Below, one piece after another: positions 35,128-37,540 of a DNA stretch of 37,540 bases. The position numbers were made by a program, and so were the translations under genes. The stretch's first letter is position 1, and each line of letters starts with the position of its first letter. The DNA is taken from sequence record DRR723986_1795; one strand, 5' to 3'. Under the pieces are notes generated by a model, which saw nothing but the letters and a program-made list of their open reading frames with translations, was not told where the DNA came from and did no database searches.

Positions 35128-35688
35128 TCAGGGCAGGGCGTCGAAGCCTGCAGAGAACCCGTTCAGCGAAATCGGGATGCCGATCCCTTCTTCCGGGGTC
35201 TGGAAGATGATAAAGGTCGCCTGAGAGCCGGCCTGCAATTTGCTCAGCAGATCTTCTTCGAGAATGACCTCGGCAATGCAGCCGTTCGGAAGACAGCGGA
35301 CGAAACCGGCCCGGCCGATATCGGCGTTGTCGACCCTGAGGCCAAGACCAGACGGCAGCAACACGCCGAGCGGTGCGAGAACCCTGAGAATGCGGGCCTG
35401 CTTGTCGGCGGTTTTCAGAATGATCACGGAAAGCCCGACGTTTTCCCGGTCGGCCGCAGTGACGTTCTGGATCAGCGCGCACTGGTCACCGGTGGAACCG
35501 GGAGGCGTGTCGCAGCGCATTTGCCAGTCGCCGTGAGTCGAGCGGACCTCGCCTTGTGCCGCGGCGGGCAGATTTCCGTAAGTCAACGAACTGAAGACGA
35601 TCCCGGCAACGGCCGCGAGTTTGGAAAAAGACAGTCTGGAACGTCCGTTAGGGCGGGCAGCCAGTGACTGCGGCAATTGGGTTGACAA
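35128..35688 (-). CDS. ialB: Invasion-associated locus B family protein
   Basis: Signal peptide, HGDWQMRC...QCALIQ, PLGVLLP.GL, F.RC...GC.AE, ISL.GF. TTG start after GGAGGA. Confidence 0.85.
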   Translation of the reverse strand: MSTQLPQSLAARPNGRSRLSFSKLAAVAGIVFSSLTYGNLPAAAQGEVRSTHGDWQMRCDTPPGSTGDQCALIQNVTAADRENVGLSVIILKTADKQARILRVLAPLGVLLPSGLGLRVDNADIGRAGFVRCLPNGCIAEVILEEDLLSKLQAGSQATFIIFQTPEEGIGIPISLNGFSAGFDALP

Positions 35689-35873
35689 GAAATCCTCCAG
35701 TCAATCGTTGTCCGGTTCGCTTTTGGTCGGCCCGGCATAAAAAGATGCGGCCTGCTTGGCGAATCAAGGTGTAATTCTAGGCCAGACATTGCCGCATGAC
35801 GGCGCACGTTTCCAGTCCGGCGGTTCAGGAACCTAAGGATTAGCCGCAATTCTTGTCGAAAATTCGCATGTCC

Positions 35874-35887
35874 TTGACCCGTGTCAA
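35874..35887. promoter_or_regulatory. Fnr/FixK-type box TTGAC-N4-GTCAA
   Basis: Perfect palindrome TTGAC-ccgt-GTCAA in the ialB/coxB intergenic region. Confidence 0.6.
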
Positions 35888-35987
35888 ATGACAGAGAGCT
35901 TCAGGTGGCTGTGAAAAGTTGGAAATTCCGTTGCAGCCCGGCGTTTCTTGTGGTTTTTGTGCGGCTCAAAGGTGTCGGTGGAATGAT

Positions 35988-36002
35988 GCGGCACATCGCC
36001 GC
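35988..36002. promoter_or_regulatory. RegA/PrrA/RegR-type box GCGGC-N5-GCCGC
   Basis: tGCGGC-acatc-GCCGC, upstream of a TATAGT -10 (36045-36050) oriented toward coxB. Confidence 0.55.
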
Positions 36003-36209
36003 TATGCCCGATGGTAGCCATCGCCCTTTATATGAGTTTGTGGTTATAGTCCGGTCAAACTCATGACCTTGTCCAACGCCAGGACGCAGCAGATTTGGCT
36101 TGCGCAGCGCCGCCAAGCCCGCTACTGCCGCACCGGATTGGACCGGATCTGAGTCCGGAAATTTAGCATTTTCCGCCATTTCAGGCGGATGAGGGAAGGG
36201 AGCGCGGAC

Positions 36210-37136
36210 GTGAAGGCAGTCTTCAAGCGTCTCATGACTATGGCCGGTGCGGCGGCAACTTTTGCTGGAGTGTCGACGGCGGCCCTGGCAGCGGAATCCG
36301 GCATCAAGGAATGGCAGCTGGGCTTTCAGGCCTCTGTCACCGATGTGATGGACGACATTACCTGGTTCAACGGGTTCACCCTGGTGATCATTACCGTGAT
36401 CACCCTGTTCGTGCTGGCGCTGCTGATCGTCTGCATGACCCGCTTCAGCGCGAAGTCGAACCCGGTTCCGTCCAGAACCTCGCACAACACCATGATCGAA
36501 GTGGTCTGGACGGTTGCTCCGATCCTGATTCTGGTCGTGATAGCGATCCCGTCTTTCCGCCTGCTCTACAAGCAGCTGGACATTCCCGAATACGAGATGA
36601 CCGTCAAGGCGACCGGGTACCAGTGGTACTGGGGCTATGAGTACACCGATGAGAACATGGGTGAGCTCTCCTTCGACTCCATCATGGTAAAGGACGACGA
36701 GCGCCAGGCTGTTGCAGACGCTCGCGGCGTGACGCTGAACGAAGTTCCGCGCCTTCTGTCCGTTGACTACGACCTCGTCATTCCGGTCGACACGACGGTT
36801 CGCGTCCAGGTGACTTCCGAAGACGTGATTCACTCCTTCGCGATGCCGTCCTTCGGCGTCAAGGTCGATGCCATTCCGGGCCGCCTGAACGAGACCTGGT
36901 TCCACGCTCGCGAGGAAGGCGTCTACTACGGTCAGTGTTCCGAACTGTGCGGCAAGGATCACGCTTTCATGCCGATCGCAATCCGTGTGGTTTCCAAGGA
37001 TCAGTTCCAGACCTGGTCGACTGCCGCTCAGGACGATCTGGACACTGCAAACCAGCAGCTCCTGGCTTCGATCGCCGATACCAAGAAGCTGGCTGCCGCA
37101 GGCAAGCTTGAAGAGATCTCTGTCGCCGCGAAATAA
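36210..37136 (+). CDS. coxB: Cytochrome c oxidase (aa3) subunit II
   Basis: EVVWT, GYQWYWGYEY, DVIHSF, CuA motif CSELCGKDHAFM. GTG start after AAGGGAG (alternative ATG 36189). Confidence 0.97.
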   Translation: MKAVFKRLMTMAGAAATFAGVSTAALAAESGIKEWQLGFQASVTDVMDDITWFNGFTLVIITVITLFVLALLIVCMTRFSAKSNPVPSRTSHNTMIEVVWTVAPILILVVIAIPSFRLLYKQLDIPEYEMTVKATGYQWYWGYEYTDENMGELSFDSIMVKDDERQAVADARGVTLNEVPRLLSVDYDLVIPVDTTVRVQVTSEDVIHSFAMPSFGVKVDAIPGRLNETWFHAREEGVYYGQCSELCGKDHAFMPIAIRVVSKDQFQTWSTAAQDDLDTANQQLLASIADTKKLAAAGKLEEISVAAK

Positions 37137-37213
37137 TGCGGCGGCGATCCTGTTTGGCGATGCGCGCTATGTCATGCAGCGCCGCTGAGAAAGTCTGAAA
37201 GAGGGAGCCCAAA

Positions 37214-37540
37214 ATGGCTGCGACCGAAGCACATGCGGCACATGGCCATCCGACCGGATGGCGCCGCTGGGTCTATTCGACCAACCACAAGGACATCGGT
37301 ATCATGTACCTGATGTTCGCTATCATGGCAGGTATCGTTGGCGGCGCGCTCAGCGTCGGCATGCGGATGGAACTTCAGGAACCGGGGATGCAGATCTTCG
37401 GCGATCCGCACCTGTTCAACGTGTTCACCACCGCTCACGGCCTGATCATGATCTTCTTCATGGTGATGCCGGCCATGATCGGCGGCTACGCCAACTACTT
37501 CGTGCCGATCATGATCGGTGCGCCGGACATGGCGTTCCCG
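37214..37540 (+). CDS. ctaD: Cytochrome c oxidase subunit I, partial (runs off the right edge)
   Basis: Manual translation: [29 protein letters not shown]...[14 protein letters not shown]...[19 protein letters not shown]. Missing from the ORF track. Confidence 0.97.
   Translation, partial: MAATEAHAAHGHPTGWRRWVYSTNHKDIGIMYLMFAIMAGIVGGALSVGMRMELQEPGMQIFGDPHLFNVFTTAHGLIMIFFMVMPAMIGGYANYFVPIMIGAPDMAFP

Noticed and set aside
1..37540. CRISPR arrays, IS/transposases, integrases, prophage genes, tRNA/rRNA
   Set aside because: I saw no regularly spaced repeats, terminal inverted repeats, recombinase motifs or cloverleaf/rRNA signatures. AT-rich patches are confined to promoters.

Overview
GC-rich alphaproteobacterial chromosome segment. 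Gene content suggests Hyphomicrobiales/Rhizobiales, possibly Roseibium/Labrenzia-like (inference). It is almost entirely core genome, with about 32 CDS: a TetR-controlled RND/MFP efflux pair, a HAD-IIA hydrolase, mutL, an alpha/beta hydrolase, an Omp2b/RopA porin, a tadA / RluB-like / rsmD RNA-modification cluster, an MBL-fold protein, a small conserved hypothetical protein, a patatin, a sensor-PAS-PAS-GGDEF-EAL protein, a fluoroacetate-dehalogenase-like enzyme, purD, ubiA, a DUF6101-like protein, the pmbA(tldE)-cysQ-like-DUF4170-DUF374-waaA-lpxK operon, DUF2093, tldD, a HAD phosphatase, a stand-alone beta-helix protein, a Kef-type antiporter, ialB, and the start of the aa3 oxidase operon (coxB, partial coxA). 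I found no mobile element, CRISPR array, tRNA or rRNA. The most interesting signals are non-coding. The best candidate for an undescribed system is a compact module at 14361-14857: a perfect CtrA box, an uncharacterised 114-aa protein, a 3'-UTR hairpin exposing an anti-Shine-Dalgarno CUUCCUCCC loop (cuckoo/CcsR-like sRNA), and a terminator. Other signals are twin TetR operators exactly 40 bp apart, Fnr- and RegA-type boxes before coxB, a probably leaderless RluB-like gene, and a complete defluorinase active-site motif set. All family calls come from motif recognition by eye, not database searches.
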